Source: Paludibacter sp. (GTDB taxonomy: Bacteria; Bacteroidota; Bacteroidia; Bacteroidales; Paludibacteraceae). Taken from it: DNA of 24,000 nucleotides. The notes beneath the pieces were generated by a model that saw nothing but the letters and a program-made list of their open reading frames with translations, was not told where the DNA came from and searched no databases. Position 1 is the stretch's first letter, and each line of letters opens with the position of its first letter. The stretch spans positions 299,605 through 323,604 of the forward strand of contig JAQTTH010000002.1 in NCBI GenBank assembly GCA_028710895.1. The letters are read 5' to 3'. Both the position numbers and the translations under genes were made by a program. Below are positions 16,087-22,418 of this stretch, one piece after another.

Positions 16087-16117
16087 TAGTCGGCAAGAGC
16101 TAATATTCCTGACAAAT
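16087..16117 (-). promoter_or_regulatory. Copy B of the ATTTGTCAGGAAT-N12-CGACTA motif; putative ECF-type promoter of the NrtS-like/AhpD-like/hydroxylase operon
   Basis: The plus strand reads TAGTCG-gcaagagctaat-ATTCCTGACAAAT, 37 nt upstream of the ATG at 16050. Its spacer also matches copy A at 8 of 12 positions. Confidence 0.6.
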
Positions 16118-16150
16118 CAATCAAAAATAATTTTCAGAACACAAAGATAT

Positions 16151-16176
16151 ATATTAGTTTCAAATGAAACTAATAT
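16151..16176. promoter_or_regulatory. Perfect 26-bp palindrome (12-bp arms, 2-bp spacer); probable MarR operator in the divergent intergenic region
   Basis: The sequence is ATATTAGTTTCA-aa-TGAAACTAATAT. It lies 41 nt upstream of the marR ATG and 34 nt beyond motif copy B. A TAnnTTTG-type box (TACTTTTG, 16197-16204) sits between it and marR. Confidence 0.6.
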
Positions 16177-16216
16177 TGCGGTTTGATATTTTTCGTTACT
16201 TTTGCAGAAAAAAAGT

Positions 16217-16648
16217 ATGGAGTATTCCTTTTCCGGTTCATTTGGAAATCTATCGAGTAGAATTTCGCTGCAACTTAGAAAAGTTCTTATAAACAATTTG
16301 AAGAAGGCCGAAATTGAGATAACGCCTGATGAATGGTTTGTTATCTCAAAATTATATCATTCAGTATCGAGCACACAAAATGATATTGCAGAACATTTGG
16401 GATTAAGTAAAGTGAAAGTTACCCGTTTAATAGAGCAGCTCGAAAGGAATAAATTAATTCAGCGGGAATCTGAAGATGGTGACAGAAGGTTTAAAAATGT
16501 AAGTCTTACTAAAGTTGGAAAATCATTGTATTTGAAAGTTGAACCCATTGCAAAAAAGACATTAACGCAAACATTCTCAGGTTTCAGCGAAGATGAACAG
16601 AAAATATTTTTAGACTTTTATGTTCGGATATTACGTAATTTAGATTAG
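16217..16648 (+). CDS. MarR-family transcriptional regulator
   Basis: The winged-HTH region reads QNDIAEHLGLSKVKVTRLIEQLERNKLIQRESEDGDRRFKNVSLTKVG. It is the only plus-strand gene in the window. The track start at 16202 is a TTG; an ATG lies at 16217. Confidence 0.8.
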   Translation: MEYSFSGSFGNLSSRISLQLRKVLINNLKKAEIEITPDEWFVISKLYHSVSSTQNDIAEHLGLSKVKVTRLIEQLERNKLIQRESEDGDRRFKNVSLTKVGKSLYLKVEPIAKKTLTQTFSGFSEDEQKIFLDFYVRILRNLD

Positions 16649-16651
16649 AAC

Positions 16652-16912
16652 TTAGTGTTTGTCTTTGGTTAGTTCTTCCTTAATCTTACTTTTCAATTCA
16701 TCTGTATTGTGATGAGATTCTTGGTGTGAACGAAAAATAGCATCGTCGAGGAACTTGCTTTGTTTTTCGTAATTAGTGCAAGCATCGCACATGGATTTAT
16801 GCATTGTCAACCGAATTTTCTCAGAAAGAGACAGTTTAAACCTCAGTTTTTTTTCTATTAATTCTGTAGCTTTCAAACAGGAAAGAAACAGCAGTTGCAT
16901 AAGTTTTTTCAT
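16652..16912 (-). CDS. Small zinc-binding anti-sigma factor (ZAS HxxxCxxC type), no TM segment
   Basis: The MHKSMCDAC motif matches H-x3-C-x2-C. The ATG at 16912 lies 7 nt after the sigma gene stop. The track's TTG start at 16930 would overlap the sigma gene. Confidence 0.55.
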   Translation of the reverse strand: MKKLMQLLFLSCLKATELIEKKLRFKLSLSEKIRLTMHKSMCDACTNYEKQSKFLDDAIFRSHQESHHNTDELKSKIKEELTKDKH

Positions 16913-16919
16913 AAGTACT

Positions 16920-17471
16920 TTAATTTTCAAACCAATTTTTTTGAATACAATTTCTTAGTTGCAGTTTAGCCCGGTGAACTATCTGCCAAAAGTTAGTCGT
17001 AGCAATGCCCAATTCCTGACAAATTTCGTCACTGCTTTTTTCGCTCAGGTATTTAAGCTTTACACTCATACTCCATTTTTCGGGCAATGCATCTAAACAC
17101 ATTTTCAATACACCTTGAAAATCAATATCGTCGAGTAAATGCCCATCTTCCGTCAACCAATTAGTTGGCTTTTTGTTTTCGTGCCAATCACCACCTTCAT
17201 CAAAATAATTTTCTAGTGAATTGTCTTCAAACTTTAGCGGCTGGTTTATTTTCACCCTGTAGTAATCGATAATTTTGAAATTCAAAATGGAGAACAGCCA
17301 AGTTTTTGGCGAACTATCTCCCCTAAAGCTTCCAATCTTTTCGGCAGCCGCCAAAAAAGTATCCTGAACCAAATCCTCAGCCATTTCGGTTGATGACGTT
17401 TTGTGATATGCCCAACGGTAAAGCTCATCGGTGTATTCAGAAACCCAGTTTTCCAAGAGTGCGTTTGTCAT
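16920..17471 (-). CDS. ECF-type sigma-70 family RNA polymerase sigma factor
   Basis: 183 aa. Region 2 reads AEDLVQDTFLAAAEKIGSF...PKTWLFSILNFKIIDYYR. The region 4.2 HTH reads SDEICQELGIATTNFWQIVHRAKLQLR. Confidence 0.9.
   Translation of the reverse strand: MTNALLENWVSEYTDELYRWAYHKTSSTEMAEDLVQDTFLAAAEKIGSFRGDSSPKTWLFSILNFKIIDYYRVKINQPLKFEDNSLENYFDEGGDWHENKKPTNWLTEDGHLLDDIDFQGVLKMCLDALPEKWSMSVKLKYLSEKSSDEICQELGIATTNFWQIVHRAKLQLRNCIQKNWFEN
16994..17024 (-). promoter_or_regulatory. Copy C of the ATTTGTCAGGAAT-N12-CGACTA motif, inside the sigma factor coding sequence; putative internal promoter for the anti-sigma gene
   Basis: The plus strand reads TAGTCG-tagcaatgccca-ATTCCTGACAAAT. It encodes ICQELGIATTN of sigma region 4.2. 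It lies 82 nt upstream of the anti-sigma ATG. Confidence 0.45.
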
Positions 17472-17565
17472 ATATTAATTTATTTTCAGTTCAACAATTT
17501 CAAGTAACATAAGTTTATTGCAATGATATAAACAAGTTCGATTAATTTGAATTAATACCTTTGCT

Positions 17566-18468
17566 CTATTTCCAAAGTGGCTCATTCTGCCAGTCATTTT
17601 TCATGCCTAATGCGTTGGGATCTACATTTGGGTATTTCTCGAAAAGGTTGTATAAGCATTTAGTAAAGCTGTTTTCAGGTTGTATAATATTCAGCAAATA
17701 TTTCATACAACACAAATGAACATATAGCTTTTGAAATTCATTTTCTGTAGGAACATCTGCCACCCATGCATAAGGTGGTTTGGGCAATAATTTAGGTCGT
17801 CCAGGCAAATTCCTATTCCAAAGCCTGCTGTGATGGGCGCAGTAATTGCGTATTTGTGCAATAGACTGCAACCAACTAGGTAGAAAGGTATGATTCACAG
17901 TCCCAAATTCTTTTGCAATAGTATCTTTTGAATCGATAGAATGTTTTAAATTGCCATATAATTTTGACAGACTCCCGAAACTGGTAAGTTCTAATGCTTT
18001 CCATGCTGGTGGAAATCGAGTATCATCTTTGTGCTTTTTTTTATGTTCTTGTATAAACGTGTCTTTAGATCTTGTAATCTCTTCGTCCATAGCAAAAAGC
18101 GTTTTAATCAGTTCGCGTGAATCACTAAAAATTGTAGTGTCCTGAAACCACCATGGACTTATTTCGAGAGATAAATGGTGAATTAATTTTGTGCGGAGAC
18201 TGATTTCAATCTTCTCGATAACATCAAAAAGAAGTGCTCTCAGTTCTCTATCAAAATTATAAAGAGCAATTACGTCACAAAACTTGCTTCCGGGTTTAAA
18301 AATATGATTCATTTTGTCTTCCTGCATTGGCCACCAATATCCGGCAAGGCGATAATAACTGATATGTGACAGGAGATGAACAGCATTGTCTGTTTCTTGT
18401 ACTTGCAAACCTCTTTGATTTAATTGGTCTATTTGTTCCTGAATGCTAAAAGCTCTTTTTTCAAACAT
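17566..18468 (-). CDS. Abi_2 (AbiD/AbiF-like) abortive-infection family protein
   Basis: 300 aa. The N-terminus FSIQEQIDQLNQRGLQV..., then ISYYRLAGYWWP and a later IRNYCAHHSRLWNR motif, match my recollection of the Abi_2 family. Confidence 0.7.
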   Translation of the reverse strand: MFEKRAFSIQEQIDQLNQRGLQVQETDNAVHLLSHISYYRLAGYWWPMQEDKMNHIFKPGSKFCDVIALYNFDRELRALLFDVIEKIEISLRTKLIHHLSLEISPWWFQDTTIFSDSRELIKTLFAMDEEITRSKDTFIQEHKKKHKDDTRFPPAWKALELTSFGSLSKLYGNLKHSIDSKDTIAKEFGTVNHTFLPSWLQSIAQIRNYCAHHSRLWNRNLPGRPKLLPKPPYAWVADVPTENEFQKLYVHLCCMKYLLNIIQPENSFTKCLYNLFEKYPNVDPNALGMKNDWQNEPLWK

Positions 18469-18481
18469 AGATTTAAAGTAT

Positions 18482-18530
18482 AAAAAAACCTCTGCAAATT
18501 GCGTTGAAAACAGGCAACTTAAAGAGGTGA
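18482..18530 (-). terminator. Stem-loop followed by a T-run on the minus strand, immediately upstream of the Abi gene
   Basis: In minus sense it reads cACCTCT-ttaaGTTGcctgttttCAACgcaatttgc-AGAGGT-TTTTTTTA. A 6-bp outer stem and a 4-bp inner stem are followed by 7 T. It could end a transcript coming from the primase side, or be a leader structure for abi. Confidence 0.3.
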
Positions 18531-18848
18531 ATTGTTGAAATGAAATGTATTAAAAGCAAAAGACACACCCTGGGACGCTGTTCTTATGGGTAGCGTGGTG
18601 TGTACTGTTGGTGCAAAAGTACGAATAATTTTGAATATACCAAAACAAATTACAAATTCTGAAGTGGACAGACTGCTAAAACTGTGTGAATGTATGGATA
18701 GAACCCTTTGTCCATTAGCTTTAACAGCATATTGACATGATATATAAATTGATGCGTTTATTGTTGCTTCTAACATATCTGTAAGATTATAAATAGTCTT
18801 TTAAAATAATTTAAAACTTAATATTATTAGATGTAGAAAAATAGTTTA

Positions 18849-19907
18849 TTAGATTTCCTCTAATTGTAAACCGTTTATCAAAATCAATAAAGCTTTGTTT
18901 TTGTCAATCATAGATTGAAGGCTTGGACTGAAATAACTTTGAATTTCCAGACTGGTTTTCTTTAATTTAAGTTCGGTAATAATAAAATCTGCAATATCTA
19001 ATCCATTGGCACGGTCAGTGTCGGTGGCTTCGTCTTCTAATAGTGTTGATACAGTGACTTTGCAATTACATTTTTCATGTATCTCAGCTGATTTAAAACT
19101 CCATTTTTCAAAAGCTCCTAAGTCTGGATATAACATTACATCTCGCCCTTTAAATACCTGACATTTTTCAATCGATAGACCATTTAGGGTTCCTGCAGCT
19201 AGCCAAATCATATCCGGCACAATGCAGCGGGCAATGATGGCTGATTTTTCGCTTTCCACTATTGCAACCTGTTTGTCAGGATAAATTTTCAAAAGGTGTT
19301 CCCCAAAGAAACATTGCTGTAGGTTGAAGTCTTCAAGGAGTTGTTTCTTTTGTTTGAGTTTGTTATGCACCCAATCAATTGCACCACTTTCGTGTTTTAT
19401 ACGTTTTCCGCTAGCAGGGTTATATTGCATGATTTTACCCGTTCGTACTTTGCCTGTAATGTCGATTTGCCAAAATATAACTTCTTTGTTTTTGGTTGCA
19501 CCTAAAGCATAGTTCTCAGCTACGCTGCGTATCTGTTCGTCTGAAAAATGGTCGAATAGAAAGCGTACAAAATTGCTTTTGTAGGAGACAGAATTTTCTA
19601 CAAACCTGAATGAAATAGACCCGGGTGGTTGCGGTGGGTTGACCTTCTTGATAATTTGATTTGATATATTAGACGAGGCATGCCTCGTCTCTACACCTAT
19701 TGATGGATTATCAATGTAATATTGCTTCGGGGTATAATGATAGCCGCATTTGCTTTCACGGTTGCATTTGCCAACGGTGTGATGAATGGGTTCATGTGTG
19801 TTGCCATCTAAATAGAGTGTGAAGCTTTGTTTAGTTTCACAGGATGGGCAGGTGTGGCGGGTGGCTTTACCTTTGTATTTTTGTAAATATGGTTGAGGAT
19901 AATTCAT
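18849..19907 (-). CDS. Primase-like protein (N-terminal zinc ribbon plus Toprim-like core)
   Basis: A CPSC-x25-CNRESKC zinc-ribbon pattern is present. Toprim-like acidic motifs are AIVESEKSAI and MLYPDLG. The track start at 20027 is a TTG reading through the repeat-rich intergenic region, so I prefer the ATG at 19907 (MNYPQPYLQ...). Confidence 0.5.
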   Translation of the reverse strand: MNYPQPYLQKYKGKATRHTCPSCETKQSFTLYLDGNTHEPIHHTVGKCNRESKCGYHYTPKQYYIDNPSIGVETRHASSNISNQIIKKVNPPQPPGSISFRFVENSVSYKSNFVRFLFDHFSDEQIRSVAENYALGATKNKEVIFWQIDITGKVRTGKIMQYNPASGKRIKHESGAIDWVHNKLKQKKQLLEDFNLQQCFFGEHLLKIYPDKQVAIVESEKSAIIARCIVPDMIWLAAGTLNGLSIEKCQVFKGRDVMLYPDLGAFEKWSFKSAEIHEKCNCKVTVSTLLEDEATDTDRANGLDIADFIITELKLKKTSLEIQSYFSPSLQSMIDKNKALLILINGLQLEEI

Positions 19908-19964
19908 TTCGCTTAGTTGATAATTAACAGTTAATAGTTGAGAATGTAGGATAGATTTATAATG

Positions 19965-20136
19965 GTTGCGGTGTAAAATAGAGCGAAACCCTTTGTTGAA
20001 AGGAGTTGTAGCGATTATTGACCGCAACTAAGCAGTATTTTCAATGCGTTTTATTTTCTATTTTAGTTGCGGGGCAATTCTTCTGAAACCTTTACTGATA
20101 AAGGATTTCAGACGACCGCAACCGAAACACCGCAAC
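19965..20136. repeat. Five copies of the 8-mer ACCGCAAC (three direct, two inverted), plus a 12-bp imperfect hairpin and a hairpin followed by a T8 run
   Basis: Direct ACCGCAAC copies sit at 20021-20028, 20115-20122 and 20129-20136. The reverse complement GTTGCGGT sits at 19965-19972, and GTTGCGGg at 20065-20072. CCGCAACTA (20022-20030) and TAGTTGCGG (20064-20072) form a 9-bp inverted repeat. CTGAAACCTTTA-ctga-TAAAGGaTTTCAG lies at 20083-20111. ACACC-gcaaccaa-GGTGT-T8 lies at 20127-20152. Confidence 0.7.
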
Positions 20137-20149
20137 CAAGGTGTTTTTT

Positions 20150-21496
20150 TTATTCGTTGCATAGTTTTGAAATGTATTGCCGGGTTAATCCAATGGAATC
20201 CGCAAAGGTTTGTTTGTTCTTGATCCCGTATTCCTTTTGAATTATTTTTATTGCTTCTACCGGTGTTGTTTTGGTCGCTGTTTCTATATTTTCAACACGA
20301 ATAATATTTGAATTAAAGTAATTACAGAGATTAATGGCGTATTGAATGGCCTCTTTTGATATCTGTACTTGCAACCACTCAGAATTATCGTATAAACCCC
20401 GGATAATTTGAATAATCAGGGAAATGCGGAGTACCTGAATTTCCATTTTTGCATACGTGGCACGGAGGAAATTGTTTGAACAACCATTTACCAAGTCTGC
20501 GGTATGATTAGCATATTCAATGAATAACACTTTTGCTTCAGGGGATAGAATAAACGGATTTTCCGATTTTGGCAAATAGTAGCAATGTTTGATTAATTCT
20601 TCGTACCGCTCCAACATGATTCTATTCGGAATTTTCTCAGAGTACTTTTGCTTTTTTATTTCTCTTGGGTATACATAAAGGAATCGGCTGGCAAAGCCGT
20701 TTTCTTTGAGGCTGTTGTTGTTTAAGGCAATGTCTAATACTTCGGGTTGAATAGTACCGCAAATGGTCATAAACGGTTCTGGAATTTGAAGCGGTTCTTC
20801 GCTCTTGCGATTGATACAAAACTGTGCATTATTGAAAATAGACAGATACCGGCTAATCTCTCCGCTTTTGTTGTATCTGCCAAAGTCGGCAAACCAACCA
20901 GACAACTCATCCCGGCATAAAGAAACAGCTCCATTGTTCCGAAACATAGTTTGATATAAACTCTCGGGCGTAAAGTCATCAATTAAACATTGTTTGTAGA
21001 ATGGTTTTTCGGGTTCCTGACTTTTGGTTTGTTTGGCTTCAGAACATTCTATTTTCCAATTGGCGAGTTCTACCTGATAGGCATCGTAACTCAAATTATC
21101 TAGTCGTTGCAATGGCCGAAAGGCAGCTGCCATGGGTTCAGACTTTCCAACGCCGGGAGGCGCGACGAACATCAACCAGAGTTGCCCAAAGTTTCGGTAC
21201 TTGCCACTGTCAACACTGAATTTCTTCCGGAGTGCAGAACTCACAGCACACAATGCTGATAAGACCGGGAATTCAATGGGTACACCATAGACCTCTGCAA
21301 CCTCTAATCCAAAATCAAGTATGACCTGAGGTAATCCACTAGTGGGAAATACTGTGTCATTTGCATTCAAATTCATGCTTTTGGTATGAATTTCAGCTTT
21401 GAGTTTCTGAATAAAGTTGGTAGTTTTGTTTTGCTCTTGGTTATTAGCCTCTTCGGATACTGCAAGGTTCGAAGGGGCTTCTTTTTTATTGATCAT
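20150..21496 (-). CDS. DUF3987-family P-loop protein (helicase/replication-initiator-like) with C-terminal HTH
   Basis: 448 aa with Walker A FVAPPGVGKSEP and a DDFTPESL...CRDELSGW Walker-B-like region. The C-terminal HTH-like segment is FADSIGLTRQYISKLCNE. Its ATG overlaps the upstream TGA (ATGA at 21493-21496). Confidence 0.7.
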   Translation of the reverse strand: MINKKEAPSNLAVSEEANNQEQNKTTNFIQKLKAEIHTKSMNLNANDTVFPTSGLPQVILDFGLEVAEVYGVPIEFPVLSALCAVSSALRKKFSVDSGKYRNFGQLWLMFVAPPGVGKSEPMAAAFRPLQRLDNLSYDAYQVELANWKIECSEAKQTKSQEPEKPFYKQCLIDDFTPESLYQTMFRNNGAVSLCRDELSGWFADFGRYNKSGEISRYLSIFNNAQFCINRKSEEPLQIPEPFMTICGTIQPEVLDIALNNNSLKENGFASRFLYVYPREIKKQKYSEKIPNRIMLERYEELIKHCYYLPKSENPFILSPEAKVLFIEYANHTADLVNGCSNNFLRATYAKMEIQVLRISLIIQIIRGLYDNSEWLQVQISKEAIQYAINLCNYFNSNIIRVENIETATKTTPVEAIKIIQKEYGIKNKQTFADSIGLTRQYISKLCNE

Positions 21497-21852
21497 TTTC
21501 TCACTTTTGTTGAAGATTTATGATAGTTGTCGTTCAATAACTTTTGAATATCAGACAATCTGTAGTAAATTTTACCACTGATTTGAGAATAACTAATCAA
21601 GCCCTGATCTCTCCACAACTGAGCAGTACGAACACTAATAGTCATCAGGTTCATAAATTCATCATTCGTAAAAAAAGGATCTTCAGGGATTTTCCTGTAT
21701 TCATTTAATCCGGTTATCAGACAGTCAAGTTTTTTCAGTAGAACCTCATGTTTCGTATTGACTTCTTTCAATGACTCGATGATTATTTCATCATCGAGCA
21801 TTTTCTTCCGTATATCGGCTTCAAACTTTTCGAAATGTTCTTTGAAATTCAT
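21493..21852 (-). CDS. Excisionase/MerR-type helix-turn-helix protein
   Basis: 119 aa. The C-terminal half LMTISVRTAQLWRDQGLISYSQISGKIYYRLSDIQKLL matches the HTH_17 pattern. There is an ATGA overlap with the upstream gene. Confidence 0.6.
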   Translation of the reverse strand: MNFKEHFEKFEADIRKKMLDDEIIIESLKEVNTKHEVLLKKLDCLITGLNEYRKIPEDPFFTNDEFMNLMTISVRTAQLWRDQGLISYSQISGKIYYRLSDIQKLLNDNYHKSSTKVRK

Positions 21853-22202
21853 TTGTTATCCTTTCCGTTTGAAAATTGATTTTCTTTTTCTTCGATAAAT
21901 TCTTCGACAGTTTGAATGCGGTTAGCCAACAACCAGTTTTCAATTTCTTTTTTACGGAAAAGAACTTTTGCATTTCGTTTATAGAAAGGGATTTTCTTTT
22001 CGCAAATCATTTTGTTAATGGTGTTTACGGCGTAACCGGTTAATTTACTGCACTCATTCTTCCCAAATGTATCCGGGAAAGATTCTTGATTTGTTTGTAG
22101 TATAACCTGAGGTTTCACCATTTCTCCTAATAAATCTTTGAACTGGCCAATGGTTAGAGCTGCTAAGGGAGTTTCGTTTGTTGGTTGGAATTTTGTTTCC
22201 AT
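21849..22202 (-). CDS. Excisionase-type helix-turn-helix protein
   Basis: ECSKLTGYAVNTINKMICEKKIPFYKRNAKVLFRKKEIENWL matches the HTH_17/Xis pattern. The track start at 22235 is a TTG; an ATG lies at 22202 (METKFQ...). Confidence 0.6.
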   Translation of the reverse strand: METKFQPTNETPLAALTIGQFKDLLGEMVKPQVILQTNQESFPDTFGKNECSKLTGYAVNTINKMICEKKIPFYKRNAKVLFRKKEIENWLLANRIQTVEEFIEEKENQFSNGKDNK

Positions 22203-22265
22203 TTTGTTGATGTTTTTTGATTTTATGGAGGTCAATAGCTGCGCAGTCTATTAGCTTTCCTACTG

Positions 22266-22285
22266 CAAATGTATCATCAAAAATA
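22266..22285 (-). promoter_or_regulatory. Two overlapping candidate Bacteroidetes -7 boxes (TAnnTTTG) for the HTH-HTH-DUF3987 operon
   Basis: In minus sense, TATTTTTG lies at 22285-22278 and TACATTTG at 22273-22266. They sit 64-83 nt upstream of the ATG at 22202 and just downstream of the TGGGTCG repeat array. Confidence 0.3.
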
Positions 22286-22316
22286 TAAGCAGATACTATA
22301 AAATCATTGAAATTAT

Positions 22317-22415
22317 TGGGTCGTGGCACGACTTCGGGGTGGGTCGGAGTGGGTCGTGCTTTTACTAAAAAAGCCTCATAATCGAGGCTTTAAATGGGTC
22401 GTGGTATGGGTCGTA
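22317..22415. repeat. Five direct copies of TGGGTCG(T/G), two pairs spaced 10-11 bp apart; iteron/operator-like array
   Basis: Copies start at 22317 (TGGGTCGTGG), 22340 (TGGGTCGGAG), 22350 (TGGGTCGTGC), 22395 (TGGGTCGTGG) and 22406 (TGGGTCGTAT). Copy 1 is extended into the palindrome GTCGTG-g-CACGAC. Confidence 0.7.
22364..22391 (-). terminator. Rho-independent-type terminator of the 364-aa gene
   Basis: In minus sense it reads AAAGCCTC-gattat-GAGGCTTTTTT. It begins 28 nt after the stop at 22419 and is embedded between repeat copies 3 and 4. Confidence 0.6.
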
Positions 22416-22418
22416 TTT

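Noticed and set aside
17536-17542. GTTCGAT, resembling a tRNA T-loop, near the possible left end of the element (a possible tRNA-derived att site)
   Set aside because: The flanking bases cannot form a T-arm stem or an acceptor stem, and no tRNA cloverleaf can be drawn anywhere in 17472-17565.
18519-18776. 85-aa minus-strand ORF in the large intergenic region
   Set aside because: It has no recognisable motif and an odd Ser/Phe/Ile-rich composition. It spans the hairpins, and the opposite strand carries an equally unconvincing 49-aa ORF. I treat the region as non-coding pending evidence.
18469-18848. Type III toxin-antitoxin RNA repeats or a retron msr/msd next to the Abi gene
   Set aside because: No tandem direct repeats are present, as a ToxI-like antitoxin would require. 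No reverse transcriptase gene is present in the element.
22054-22329. 91-aa minus-strand ORF overlapping the Xis-like gene and the TGGGTCG repeats
   Set aside because: It is out of frame with the HTH gene and reads through the repeat array and the promoter boxes, so it is most likely spurious.
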